NCBI GenBank assembly: GCA_030390025.1
Contig: JASTWF010001160.1
Location: 1-64,000, forward strand
DNA from: Squalus acanthias
Lineage: Eukaryota
Reading direction: 5' to 3'
DNA: 64,000 nt
This document shows positions 24,459 through 36,655 of the stretch, in pieces. The notes under the pieces were generated by a model. The model was given only the letters and a program-made list of their open reading frames with translations, was not told the origin of the DNA and searched no databases. Position 1 is the first letter of the stretch. Every line of letters starts with the position of its first letter. Position numbers and translations under genes: made by a program.

Positions 24459-26364
24459 TTACAAGATCAGCTTATCACCCTTGTGCAATCCCTTAGTGCC
24501 TGTCGTTCGTCTGCCTTTTCCTATTCTGGTGCTCTTCAGCAGTGCTCCCCCAGTGGCTGCAGCATGGCTGGTGGAAGGCTGCTGACTCTCAGTTGGGGAT
24601 ACTATAGATGGCCTTGCAGGACGACCTCGAGCAGCTGTGGGCTTCGAAGGCCCGGCTGTAGACACCTCGGCATGGGCGGGAGTAGTCTGGGCTGGCTGGC
24701 TGATAGGCAGCAGCAAGGGCAATGGCAGAGTGGCAGTGGTGGGAGTAGGAATGCTGTTATCCTGAGAAAGAACAGCAGGTTCTTGCTCCACGGAGCCACT
24801 GTCACTTCCCCCAGGGCAGAGCCTCAGCATTACTAGTAATTTGTTGGAGGACAGATTGCTGGACGGCTACGACGCCCTGCCAGCCCCTTTCGACACTCGT
24901 AAACCCAGCGACGATGGCAGCAGTCTGAGCCTACAGAAGAGCAGTCTGCGCTTCCACTGCAGCACTGAGATGTTGGGTCGCTTCCGCCTGTGCTGCAATG
25001 GAAGCCGCGACATCATCCATCACACCCAGCATCATGGCTGGGTCGGCAGGGTCTCTCCTGGAGTTGCCCATCATTTCCATCCTGGAAATCATGGGCCCCA
25101 ATCTCTGCACAAAGCCCCGTCCATTGTTAGAGCTGGACTCCTCCATGCTCCTTGGCATTAACATGATGCTCTCTGGCAGGCTTGGCATTACACCTAGCAT
25201 TTCCGTGTGCATGAGCATCACCCTTCTTCTGAAGGCTGCCCCATCGAGGTCATCATCTGAATCATGTGCAGCAGAACATGTGCGCAAACAAGCCCTCTGG
25301 GAGCTGGCCCAGAGCTACCCTTTCCCTCTGCCCTTGCTGCAGCCCACTCGTGCCTGGTGCCTCACCATGTGCAGAGCCCACCTCTCGACTACCCTCTACA
25401 TTGCCATTTTCTGAGCTGGTGTCTGCGAGTGTCAGATGCAGTGACGGTGTGTCTTCTTCTTTTCCTCCTTCACTCTCCTCCACAACATGAGGGTCAGGCT
25501 GGCCTGCTGGCAGTTCTTGGGTATCTGAAAGCAGAAAGGCACAAGGGTCGGGTTGTGGTGAAGGGAGGGGGTGAAGCAAGATATCCATGCATACACCATC
25601 AGCAGCTTGTAAGTGAGAAGAGATTGTGGGATGAGGGGGAAGTGGGATGTGAGAAGAAGGATTAGGAATGACCATACAGTCATTATCAGCAAGGGCTTCA
25701 ATTTCTCCTGTTGCCATGGCCTCAGTCACTGCCCCTCCAATGCTGTCGAGCACGGCTTCCTCCAGGTGGCTGAGGTTCTGTACAGCGGCTTGTCTGCCTC
25801 ATGTCTGCTGCTGCTCTCTCTGGTTGTGTGCTGCCTTGGTCTGCAAGAGAAAGGGAAGTGTGTCAGTGAGTGTAGCGCAATGTGTTTGGGCGATGTGCCT
25901 GCCATAGTTGAATAGCTGTCAGTGTGTGCAAGGTGTGAGATGTGGGTGTGAGTGTTACAACAGTGGTAAGGTTGTGAGAGTGAAGTGAATCCATGATTGT
26001 GAGGTATGAGTGGTGATAGGTAGAGATTGTTGGTAGGCGAGTGCTGGGGGTGGGGTGCATTGAGCAGTGTGTGAGGCTTGTGGTGCAGATGGTGGGATAT
26101 GGCATTTGCTGAAGCCTTCACTCACCATGGCCTGCCATGTGAGGTCATTAAACTACTTTCGGCATTGGATCCAGGTCCTTGGAACCACACTGGTGGCCGT
26201 GAAGGAGTTAGCTATCGCCTCTCAGAACCTTCTGCAAGTAGCTTGGATGGCTTCCTGCCACCCTACGGAAACAGTACAGCCCACCGTCTTTGAATGGCCA
26301 CGACCAAGGCCTCGGGTGCAGCATGCGAGAACCTTCGGGCTCTCTCTCTAGGTTGCTGAGCCAT
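24459..26364 (-). pseudogene. Harbinger Myb/SANT-like DNA-binding protein gene, three exons, disrupted
   Basis: ATG 26364 MAQQPRERARRFS; donor GTGAG after 26126, acceptor TTGCAG before 25840, donor GTATG after 25678, acceptor TTTCAG before 25524; ends ...HKGD. Confidence 0.7.
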
Positions 26365-26789
26365 GTCTTCAGCCTGACTGACATTGAGGTGCTGCTGCAA
26401 CAAAGCACCTCTCCTTTAAGTGGTGCAGAGAGCCTGGGCCAAACATTACTGGCCGTTAGACTGCACCCGATATTGGCTCCCCTGTTCAGCGCTAAGTCAA
26501 TCAGCAGCGCGTTTAGCGCTAAGATCAGCGCTGCAGTCACTATAATAAGCAGGCAGCACAAATTTTACATGCTGTCTGGACCTCTTCCATCGGGCGCAGG
26601 CAAATAGCCCTGGCCCTTGACACCGCCCGTTTTCAGGCCTAATCCAATTTCTAGGCGAATGAGTGACTTCTGCACTTGAATCAACGCTCCTTGTCACCAA
26701 AAAACCATGAAATAACTAAAGGAACCTGTTTCAGTTGCAGGAAGTAGCAAACAGCCACTGAAACTGCAGAACTATGTTAGGTGCAGCTG

Positions 26790-27112
26790 ATTGGGGATGG
26801 TGCCTTTAAATATCGCTGCTGCAGCCTGCTTCCTGCTGGTAGACGCCAGCTCTCCCTATCATTGTCCTGCGCTGCCGTTGAGGTAAGTGGCTATAACGAA
26901 GTTGGGAGATCGGATGTCCAGTGAGCGTTGCACACTCACTGATGTCATGACCTCCGTGCTGGCGTGGTCCCTGGTGATCGAGTTTAGTGGCAGCGATACC
27001 GGCAACACCGATATGGCATTCGACGCTGGAACCGGCATCAGCTGTTGTTAGCGCCATCTCGTGGTGCTAACGTGTGGCGCAAAGCACACAAATTTCTCCC
27101 CCCCCCCCCCCA
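26790..27112 (-). mobile_element. Harbinger left-end fragment
   Basis: Resembles the reverse complement of 11015-11320; ends aaatttctcccc. Confidence 0.6.
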
Positions 27113-27113
27113 A

Positions 27114-27330
27114 GTGTCAGCCTTGACTCAGCGGTAGCACACTCCCCTCTGAGTCAGAAGGTTATGGCTTGAGCACAAACAGATTGTCGCTAAAACAGAT
27201 TATTTGTGGGATCTTGCTGTGTATAAAATTGGCTGTTGCATTTGGCTACACTTCAAAGGTACTTCATTGGCTGTGAAATACTTTGGGAGTCCTGAGGCCA
27301 TGGCAGATACTACATAAATGCAAGTTTTTT
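27114..27330 (+). mobile_element. Internally deleted SacSINE1-like SINE
   Basis: Head and tail match the family; middle is missing. Confidence 0.7.
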
Positions 27331-27559
27331 CTTTCTTAAAAAAAATAGTGGATAAAATTGCTCAGTGTACTGAGATTAGCACCAAAGGTGAGGTGAGAGT
27401 GAAGTGGTCTTTCCTGTTGTATGCTAAAAATGCAGGGAGCAGTTTACCCTTTTTGAGATCCAATCTTTGGGGGCAGGGTTGGAGTATCTATCATCCCAAA
27501 GCAAAGCACATAGTTAGGAGGAGGAAAAGACACCAGAACCAGCAAATGTCCCTTTTCAT

Positions 27560-27975
27560 CAACATGCCCATCTTCTCATTGAACCCATCAAACACATTTT
27601 TTCCCAGAAAAGCATTGAATTGTCTTCTGAACCCATTTATGCTCTCCACATTAATGGCCTTCTCTGGTAACATATTCCACAGGTCTATTCCCTTATGTGC
27701 ATAAAAATAACATTCTGCCTGACTTCCCTTCTTTAATTCCAATGTTCTCATTTTTAATCTGTGTCTCTGGTATTTGAGCTATTTTGCTATTGTGACCAAT
27801 TTGCCTCGATCGGCTCTGTTAATTCCTTTCATAATGTTGAAAACTTCAGCAAGGCTATCTCAAAGTCTCCTCTGCTTTAAAGAAAACAAGCCCCCACTTC
27901 CTTAACCTTTCCTCATAACTCACCTTCCATGATACCTGGAGTAATCTTTGTTGCTCACCTCTGTACCCTCTTAGT
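27560..27975 (-). mobile_element. Ancient CR1-like remnant
   Basis: Minus-strand SYEERLRK.GL, LWNMLPEKAINVESINGFRRQFNAFL. Confidence 0.6.
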
Positions 27976-29082
27976 GGCAATAAATATTGTTCCGATGATT
28001 TGGTGACCAGAATTGCGTCTGTATTGATGGGGTCTGGGCAAAGGTTGTTTTTAAAAAAATCAATTTGTACCGAACAAAATTTTCCATTTCCAATGTAGTC
28101 AATGGCAAGCGTTATTGACAGCCTACATGTCTCTTCTGTAAACCTCAATTATATTTGGGCCTGTAAGGAATCACTGCTGACTCATGGGCTTCCCACTGCA
28201 ATGACAAAGTGGTCGAATGCAGGACTGCTGAGCTGCTAATAATGGGTTCAGTTGCAAAAAAGAACATCAAAAGAACTGAAGCCTTGAAGTTAGCAAACTT
28301 AATTAACTCTGGGCATTAAGAGAGCTAAAAAAAAAATAACTCGCTCTATAACTAAAGCCTTTGATTTTGGAGTACCATTTTCTTAACAAAAAATTATCTA
28401 AGATAATTGCTTAAAGCAACAGCGCAGACAGTGAAACATTTTTAAATTAAGTATGTCTTCAGAGGAGCCATGCAAGGTTGAAAACAGTCAAGCAGAAAGG
28501 ATAACAACATCGCCCACAGTGGAAATTACAAATTGAATTTCCTGCGGTTGAAGTTGCTTTGTATCTGTTTCCTACCCGGCATCGATCGATACACGAGTGT
28601 CTTGGTAACTGGTTAAATCCTGGAGCTTGTTCTGTATTGTCAGGACTCTTGTATCTGTCCAAGTCTTTTCTCCTCTGCTGGATGATTCAGTCATTTTCAG
28701 TCAGTCGGACAGCACTCAGCAGATGAAACTGTAACGAATTTAGTGCTTTATTCATCATTTACAATAAGCACAAGGTACGTGTAGACTGAAGTTAATTTCA
28801 AATATCAAGAGAAGAGTTGAGCCTCTTATTACTCCTTCCACAATGTGCTTGACAGGAAAAGACTTCAACAGTTCTGGCAAAGAGTTACCACTGTCAGCAA
28901 ATTAGTTAATCCACTGCTCTCTGGGCTGAAACAGGGCACCTACATTGGATAAATCCAGCTCCAGATACGCTGTCCTGAATGCTTCCTCCTTGTGTTGAAT
29001 TCTTACTGGCATCCATGTTAAGCACAACAGACTTGTGATGTGGATTCATTAATGATGTGATTGTTAAATATATTGGCTAGTA

Positions 29083-29696
29083 TAGAAACATAGAACTTAG
29101 AAAAATAGGAGCAGGAGTAGGCCATTCGGTCCTTCGAGCCTGCTCTGTCATTCAATATGACCATGGCTGATCCTCTATCTCAATACCATATTCCCGCTTT
29201 CTCCCCATACCCCTTGATGCCTTTTGTGTCTAGAAATCTATCTATCTCCTTCTTAAATATATTCAGTGACTTGGCCTCCACAGCCTTCTGTGGTAGAGAA
29301 TTCCACAGGTTCACCACCCTCTGAGTGAAGAAATTTCTCCTCATCTCAGTCCTAAATGTCCTACCCCGTATCCTGAGACTGTGACCCCTCGTTCTAGACC
29401 CCCCAGCCAGGGGAAACATCCTCCCTGCATCCAATCTGTCTAGCCCTGTCAGAATTTTATACGTTTCAATGAGATCCCCTCTCATTCTTCTAAACTCTAG
29501 TGAATACAGGCCTAGTCGACCCAATCTCTCCTCATATGACAGTCCTGCCATCCCAGGAATCAGTCTGGTGAACCTTCACTGCACTCCCTCTATGGCAAGT
29601 CTATCCCTTCTTAGGTAAGGAGACCAAAACTGCACACAATACTCCAGGTGTGGTCTCACCAAGGCCCTGTATAACTGTAGTAACACATCCTTGCTC
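29083..29696 (-). mobile_element. CR1 LINE 3' part
   Basis: ORF 29180-29551 typical CR1 ORF2 C-terminus; 3' UTR stem-loop; tagaaaca tail. Confidence 0.92.
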
Positions 29697-29880
29697 AGCA
29701 GATCCAAAGTGCCATTTCTGGAAGGTGTTGTTTGCTGACCTCAGCTGGGCAGCAGCAGGATCAGTCCTCGGAAGTGAAAAAGGCACCCAAGGTTTCCCCC
29801 TTCTAAATGTTGTCCGGTGACTTCTGCTGGAAAGTGTTAGTCTATGGATAACCGGTGACCACAGGATGTCCATACAACCA

Positions 29881-31089
29881 GATGTGCAGTTGATGTAGTC
29901 TACATGGACTTCAGTAAGGCTTTTGACAAAGTCCCGCATGGGAGACTGGTCAAGAAGGTAAGGGCCCATGGGATCCAGGGCAATTTGGCACATTGGATCC
30001 AAAATTGGCTTAGTGGCAGGAGGCAGAGGGTGATGGTTGAAGGTTGTTTTTGTGACTGGAAGCCTGTGTCCAGTGGTGTACCGCAGGGATCGGTACTGGG
30101 TCCTTTGCTGTTTGTAGTGTACATTAATGATTTAGATATGAATGTAGAAGGTATGATCAGTAAGTTTGCAGATGACACAAAAATTGGTGGAGTGGTAAAT
30201 AGCGAGGAGGGAAGCCTTAGGCTACAGGACTATATAGACGGGTTGGTCAGATGGGCAGAACAGTGGCAAATGGAATTTAACCCTGAAAAGTGTGTGGTGA
30301 TGCATTTTGGGAGGACTAACAAGGCAAGGGAATACACAATGAATGGTAGGGCCCTAGGAAGGACAGAGGATCAGAGGGACCTTGGTGTGCATGTACATAG
30401 ATCCCTGAAGGCAGCAGGACAGGTAGATAAGGTGGTTAAAAAGGCATATGGGATACTTGCCTTCATTAGCCGAGGCATAGAATATAAGAGCAGGGAGGTT
30501 ATGATGGAGCTGTACAAAACGCTAGTTAGGCCACAGCTGGAATACAGTGTGCAGTTCTGGTCGCCACACTATAGGAAGGATGTGATTGCATTGGAGAGGG
30601 TGCAGAGGAGATTCACCAGGATGTTACCTGGTCTGGAGTGCTTCAGCTATGAAGAGAGACTGGACAGGCTGGGGTTGTTTTCCTTAGAGCAGAGAAGGCT
30701 GAGGGGGGACCTGATTGAGGTGTACAAAATTATGAGGGGCATAGATAGGGTAGATAGAAAGGAACTTTTCCCCTTAGTAGAGGGGTCAATAACCAGGGGG
30801 CATAGTTTCAAGGTAAGGGGCAGGAGGTTTAGAGGGGATTTGAGGAAAAAAATTTCACCCAGAGGGTGGTTGGAATCTGGAACTCATTGCCTGAAAGGGT
30901 GGTAGAGGCAGGAACCCTCACAACATTCAAGAAGCATTTAGATGAGCACTTGAAACGCCATAGCATACAAGGCTACGGACCAAGTGCTGGAAAATGGGAT
31001 TAGAATAGATAGGGCTTGATGGCCGGCGCGGACACGATGGGCTGAAGGGCCTCTTTCTGTGCTGTATAACTCTATGACATGACTCTATG
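29881..31089 (+). mobile_element. CR1 LINE, 5'-truncated
   Basis: RT ORF, 3' UTR and (actctatg)n tail. Confidence 0.95.
29904..30905 (+). pseudogene. CR1 ORF2 reverse transcriptase fragment (333 aa open, frameshifted near the end)
   Basis: DFSKAFDKVPH, GVPQGSVLGP, FADDTK, VRPQLEY. Confidence 0.9.
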
Positions 31090-31124
31090 TCCTGCTGATA
31101 CTATGCTCAGACTTGAAGAACAGC

Positions 31125-31245
31125 TGAAATACAGAAAATGCAAAAAAAAAACCACAGCAGGTCAGTCAGCATCTGCAAAGAAAAAAGACAGGTTACAACA
31201 CTTTTGATGTGTATCCTTCATCAAGGTTTTGATAAAGGGGTCATT
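31125..31245. mobile_element. Degraded Penelope-like family B palindromic remnant
   Basis: cagcaggtcagtcagcatctg...ccttcatcaa|ttttgataaagg inverted hammerhead-like remnants. Confidence 0.5.
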
Positions 31246-31289
31246 CTCCTTAGAGCAGAAAGGGTTGAGGGGAACTTTAATAGAGGCTT

Positions 31290-34200
31290 TTTTTTATTCA
31301 TTCCTGGGATGTGGGCATCACTGGCAAGGCCAGCATTTATTGCCCATCCTTAATTGCCCTTGAGAAGGTGGTGGTGAGCCGCCTTCTTGAACCGCTGCAG
31401 TCCGTGTGGTGAAGGTACTCCCATCATACTGTTAGGGAAGGAGTTCCAGGATTTTGACCCAGCGACGACGAAGGAACGGCGATATATTTCCAAGTCAGGA
31501 TGGAGGGGAACTTGCAGGTGATGGTGTTCCCGTGCGCCTGCTGCCCTTGTCCTTCTAGGTGGTAGAGGTCGCGAGTTTGGGCGGTGCTGTCGAAGAAGCC
31601 TTGGCGAGTTGCTGCACTGCATCTTGTAGATGGTACACACAGCAGCCACGGTGCACTGGTGGTGGAGGGAGTGAATGTTTAAGGTGGTGGGGATGGGGGT
31701 GCCAATCAAGCAGGTTGCTTTCTCCTGGATGGTGTCGAGCTTCTTGAGTGCTGTTGGAGCTGCACTTGTCCAGGCAAGTGGAGAGTATTCCATCACACTC
31801 CTGACTTGTGCCTTGCAGATGGTGGAAATACTTTGGGGAGTCAGGAGGTGAGACACTCACCACAGAATACCCAGCCTCTGACCTGCTCTTGTAGCCACAG
31901 TATTTATGTGGCTGGTCCAGTTAAGTTTCTGGTCAATGGTGACCCCCAGAATGTTGATGGTGAGGGATTTGACAATGATAATGCCATTGAATGTCAAGGG
32001 GCGGTGGTTAGACTCTCGTTTGTTGGAGATAGTCATTGCCTGACATTTGTGTGGCGCGAATGTTACTTGCCACGTATCAGCACAAACGTGAATGTTGTCC
32101 AGGTCTTGCTGCATGCGGGCACAGATGACTTCATTATCTGAGGAGTTGCAAATGGAACTGAACACTGTGCAACCATCAGCGAACATCCCCACTTCTGACC
32201 TTATGATGGATGGAAGGTCATTGATGAAGCAGTTGAAGATGGTTGGGCCTAGGACACTGCCCTGAGGAACTCCTACAGCGATGTCCTGGGGCTGAGATGA
32301 TTGGCCTCTAACAACCACAATCATCTTCCTTTGTGCCAGGTATGACTCCAGCCAGTGGAGAGTTTTCCCCTGATTCCAATTGACTTTAATTTTACTAGGG
32401 TTCCTTGATGCCACACTTGGACATATGCTGCCTTGATGTCAAGGGCAGTCACACTCACCTCACCTCTGGAATTCAGCTCTTTTGTCCATGTTTGGACCAA
32501 TGCTGTAATGAGGTCTGGAGCCGAGTGGTCATGGCAGAACGCAAACTGAGCATCGGTGAGCAGATTATTGGTAAGTAACTGGTGCTTGACAGCACTGTCG
32601 ATGACACCTTCCATCACTTTGCTGATGATTGAGTGCAGACTGAAGGGGCAGTCAAAAATAGGGATGTTCGCTGAGGACTGCACAGTGTTCAGTGCCATTT
32701 GCAACTCCTCAGATAATGAAGCAGTGTATGCCCGCATGCAACAAGACCTGGACAACATTCAGGCTTGGGATGATAAGTGCCAGGCAATGACTATCTCCAA
32801 CAAGCGAGAGTCTAACCACCACCCTTTGACATTCAATAGCATTACCATCGCTGAATCCCCCACCATCAACATCCTGGGGGTCACCATTGACCAGAAACTT
32901 AACTGGACCAGCCACATAAATAATGTGGCAACAAGAGCAGGTCAGGTAGGTATTCTGCAGCGAGTGCCTTTCCACCATCTGCAAGGCACAAGTAAGGAGT
33001 GTGTTGGAATACTCTGCACTTGCCTGGATGAGTGCAGCTCCAACAACACTCAAGAAGCTCAACACCATCCAGGACAAAGCAGCCCGCTTGATTGGCGCCC
33101 CATCCACCACCTTAAACATTCACTCCCTCCACCACCAGTGTACCGTGGCTGCAATGTGTATCATCTACAAGATGCACTGCAGCAACTCGCCAAGGCTCCT
33201 TCGGCAGCACCTCCTAAATCCGCGACCTCTAACACCTAGAAGGACAAGGTCAGCAGGCGCATGGGAACACCACCACCTCCAAGTTCCCCTCCAAGTCACA
33301 CACCATCCTGACTTGGAAGTATATCGCTGTTCCTTCATCATCACTGGGTCAAAATCCTGGAACTCCCTCCCTAACAGCATTGTGGGAGTTCCTGCACCAC
33401 AAGGACTGCAGCGGTTCAAGAAGGCTGCTCACCACCAACTTCTCAAGGGCAATTAGGGATGGGCAATAAATGCTGCCGTTACCAGCGACGCCGAGATCCC
33501 ATGAATGAATTTTTAAAAATTGGCCGGATTGGATTTGTCCTGCTTTTTGAAGACAGGACATATCTGGGCAGTTTTCCACATTGTCTGGTAGATTCCAGTG
33601 TTGTATCTGTACTGGAACAGCTTGGCTAGAGGTTGTAGCTAGTTTTGGAGCACAAGTCTTCAGCACGACAGCCGAGATGTTGTCCGGGCCCACAGCCTTT
33701 GCTATATCCAGTGAGTTCAGCCTTTCCTTGATATCGCGTGGAGTGAATAATTTGGCTGAAGACTGGCTTCTGTGATGGTGGGGACCTCAGGAGGGGGCCG
33801 ATATGGATCATCCACTTGGCATTTCTGGCTGAAGATGGTTGCAAACGCTTCAGCCTTGTCTTTTGCAGTCATGTGCTGGGCTCCTCCATCATTGAGGATG
33901 GGGATGTTCATGGAGCCTCCTCCTCATCTTTCCATTAGTTGTTTAATTGTCCACCACCATTCACGACTGGATGTGGCAGGACTGCAAAGCTTTGATCTAA
34001 TCCATTTGCTGTGGGATCGCTGAGCTCTGTCTATAGCATGCTGCTTCTGCTGTTTAGCATGTATGTAGTCCTGTGTTGCAGCTTCCTCAGGTTGGCACCT
34101 CATTTTTAGGTACACCTGGTGCTGCTCCTGGCATGCTCTTCTACACTCCTCATTGAACCAGGGTTGGTCCCCTGGCTTGATGGTAATGGTAGAGTGAGGG

Positions 34201-34590
34201 ATATGCCGGGCCATGAGGTTATAGATTGCGGTGGAATACAATTCTGCTGCTGTTGATGGCCCACAGCACCTCATGGATACCCAGTTTTGAGCTGCTAGAT
34301 CTGTTCTGAATCTATCCCATTTAGCACAGTGGTAGTGCCACACAACACGATGGAGGGTGTCCTCAGTGTGAAGATGGGACTTCGTCTCCACAATGACTGT
34401 ACGGTGGTCACTGCTGCCAATGCTGTCATGGACAGATGCATCTGCGACAGGTAGATTGTTGAGGATGAGCTCAAGTAGGTTTTTCCCCCGTGTTGGTTCT
34501 CTCACCACCTGTTTCAGGTCCAGTCTGGCAGTTATGTCCTTCAGGACTCGGCCAGCTCGGTCAGAAGCGGTGCTATGAGCCGCTCTTGGT
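31290..34590 (-). mobile_element. Second CR1-group LINE family (endonuclease end + RT), split by an antisense copy
   Basis: Minus-strand EPTRGKNLLELIL..GSSDH, ALDIKAA, GVPQGSVLGP, KAQVRSVMEYSPLAW; (tgaa)n tail. Confidence 0.9.
32660..33515 (+). mobile_element. 5'-truncated copy of the same LINE family in opposite orientation
   Basis: GMFAEDCTVF...KKAAHHQLLKGN*, 3' UTR and catgaatgaa tail; host LINE resumes at ~33520. Confidence 0.9.
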
Positions 34591-34604
34591 GAGTGAGCTA
34601 GAAA

Positions 34605-34985
34605 GATCACAGGCTTGATCCCTGACCTGTGTTGAGTTCACTGATATCAGCCAGGATGGTTAAAAAAGATGATACAACTGATATTAAAAATCTTGAGCGA
34701 GGGAGGCAAAGAAATTAGACAAGGTTTCCATTTCCTGATGGCCATCCAGTGACCCCTCTTGGAAGGTGCATATGGTGGACCTCAGGTGAGGATAGGTTCC
34801 AGCTCAGTTGTGATCGGTGGTCAAAGAGTCAACAAAAACTCACTGTCCACGCTCAGGCATGAAGAGTAGTCATGTGGTTAAGGTACTGGAGGGTGTCGAG
34901 CCATTCCCCAGCACAGCAGGCAAGCAGGAGCCTCATGAATAGCATGCCAGTCGGGGTCCTCAGTCAGTGACTTCAGGAAATGAGA
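34605..34985 (+). mobile_element. Old SINE family B copy
   Basis: ggcttgatccctgacctgtgttgagtt..ccagtgacccct..aggtgaggataggtt..cttcaggaaa. Confidence 0.6.
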
Positions 34986-36264
34986 AGATTAAAATAAGAA
35001 GAATTTACAGAACTTATCCTGGATTTCAGCTGGAGCATTTAAGTGCAAGTGAATTTAGACAGTAAATGTACTACATGAAAAATGATCATCTGTGCAGCTG
35101 TCGTCTCGTACCACACAAGACTAAATATTCCGATTCAGCCGGGTTGTCAATTATAATTACAAATTTTTCCTCACCTCCAGGAAAAAAAAGTTCTGGGCAC
35201 TTTTCCAATCAGACTACCAAGAGATCTCATTTTCTAAATAAGTTATAAATAATGAGCCTTATTAAAAAAATATCCCCAGCTGTATTGAAATCTAAATTGA
35301 ATGACATGGTGGCCTCCTTGTCCCAAGGTATAAGCATTTTCCATTAATAAGATAACTGGGGGTGGTGGGGGGGGGGGGTGGTGGAGGGGGGTGGGGGGAG
35401 ATTTTCTCAATTTGCTATTAGTAGTGAAATGGTACACTCATCTCCTCAAATGCATGTCTAGTTTCACTATAAACGGTGAACGGAGGATGTTGTCCCCCAA
35501 ATGTATTTTAAGGAAAGAAAGTGCGGCGGGGGTCAACCAAAAGCCCTCCCCCACCAACCAACTGTAAAGCAACCACAGCAGAGCGATGTTCCAGACAGTT
35601 TTAGATTCTCAAACTGAAATGATAGGAGCAAATGGAGAAACTGCTGAGTTGGCTCCCAGCCAGTGAAACAGAGTCCCTGGACTTAAGTCCAGTCAGTGGA
35701 TTTGTGCTGATCTTCCTAATACTTCTGCTCTTCCTTGAGAGTCGAACATGAGTGAACCCTGAGACCTGTAGTACAAATAACTAACTATGTATTCCATTGA
35801 GCTATCAATCAAATTCTTAGCTCCAAGCACTGCAAATAAAAAAGTGTTACAAAATACCACAGAGCCAGACAATAAATCTACATGGCTCTACATCGACTGT
35901 ATGGAACCAAAGTTGATACCTGTTTGGTCTATGTAGTAGCTTTTAAAAAAATCCATCTAGTGATTTTCCATTATAGCCTCTCTGGCCACCAGCGTATAGA
36001 GTGACCACACTAGAGCTCCAACGTCAACTATATTATAATTAAATAAATGAAAACTCAATTGAATTTTTAAAAGGAAATTATCAGCACTTGTCACTCTTAA
36101 TTACTCTTCTTACCTCTTTTTTTTGGCAATTTTCTTACTTTTTGTTCACCGAGCACACTCCGCATTTTCCAAGTGGCTATTCTTCATGCATAAAACAAGA
36201 CAGTGAGTAAGCATTTACACATTGGGGAGCATTACATCTAAGCTTGATCTTGTCTTCAACAAGG

Positions 36265-36655
36265 TTTAAACCCCAACTGAGCACATTATCCAGGCTGACA
36301 CTTCAGTGCAGTCCTGAGGGAGTGCTACACTATTGGAGGTGCCGTCTTTCGGATGTGATGTTAAACCGAGGCTCTGTCTGACCTCTCACGTGGATGCAAA
36401 AGATCCCATGGAACTATTTCAAAGAAGAGCAAGGGAGTTCTCCTGGCAAATATCTCTCAACCGACACCTAAAACAGATTTATCTGGTCATTTATTTCATT
36501 GTTGTTTGTGCGACCTTGCTGTGTGCAAATTGGCTGCCGCATTTCCTATATTACAACAGTGACTACACTTCAAAAGTACTTCACTGGTTGTGAAGCACTT
36601 TGGGAGGCCATTAGGTCGTGAAAGGCGTTATATAAATACAAGTCTCTCTTTCTTT
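36265..36655 (+). mobile_element. SacSINE1-like SINE (inserted in a minus-strand SINE B)
   Basis: Family body and tail. Confidence 0.85.

Larger units (their letters stand above)
22689..26657 (+). mobile_element. Near full-length Harbinger (PIF) DNA transposon
   Basis: TIR ggcctagaaatt / aatttctaggcg; convergent transposase and Myb-like genes. Confidence 0.9.

Noticed and set aside
28459-28690. Possible host exon on the minus strand
   Set aside because: No recognisable protein or convincing splice pair
29083-31089. Twin-priming inversion of one CR1
   Set aside because: Both halves include their own 3' ends with different UTRs and tails and are separated by an old SINE fragment, so they are independent insertions
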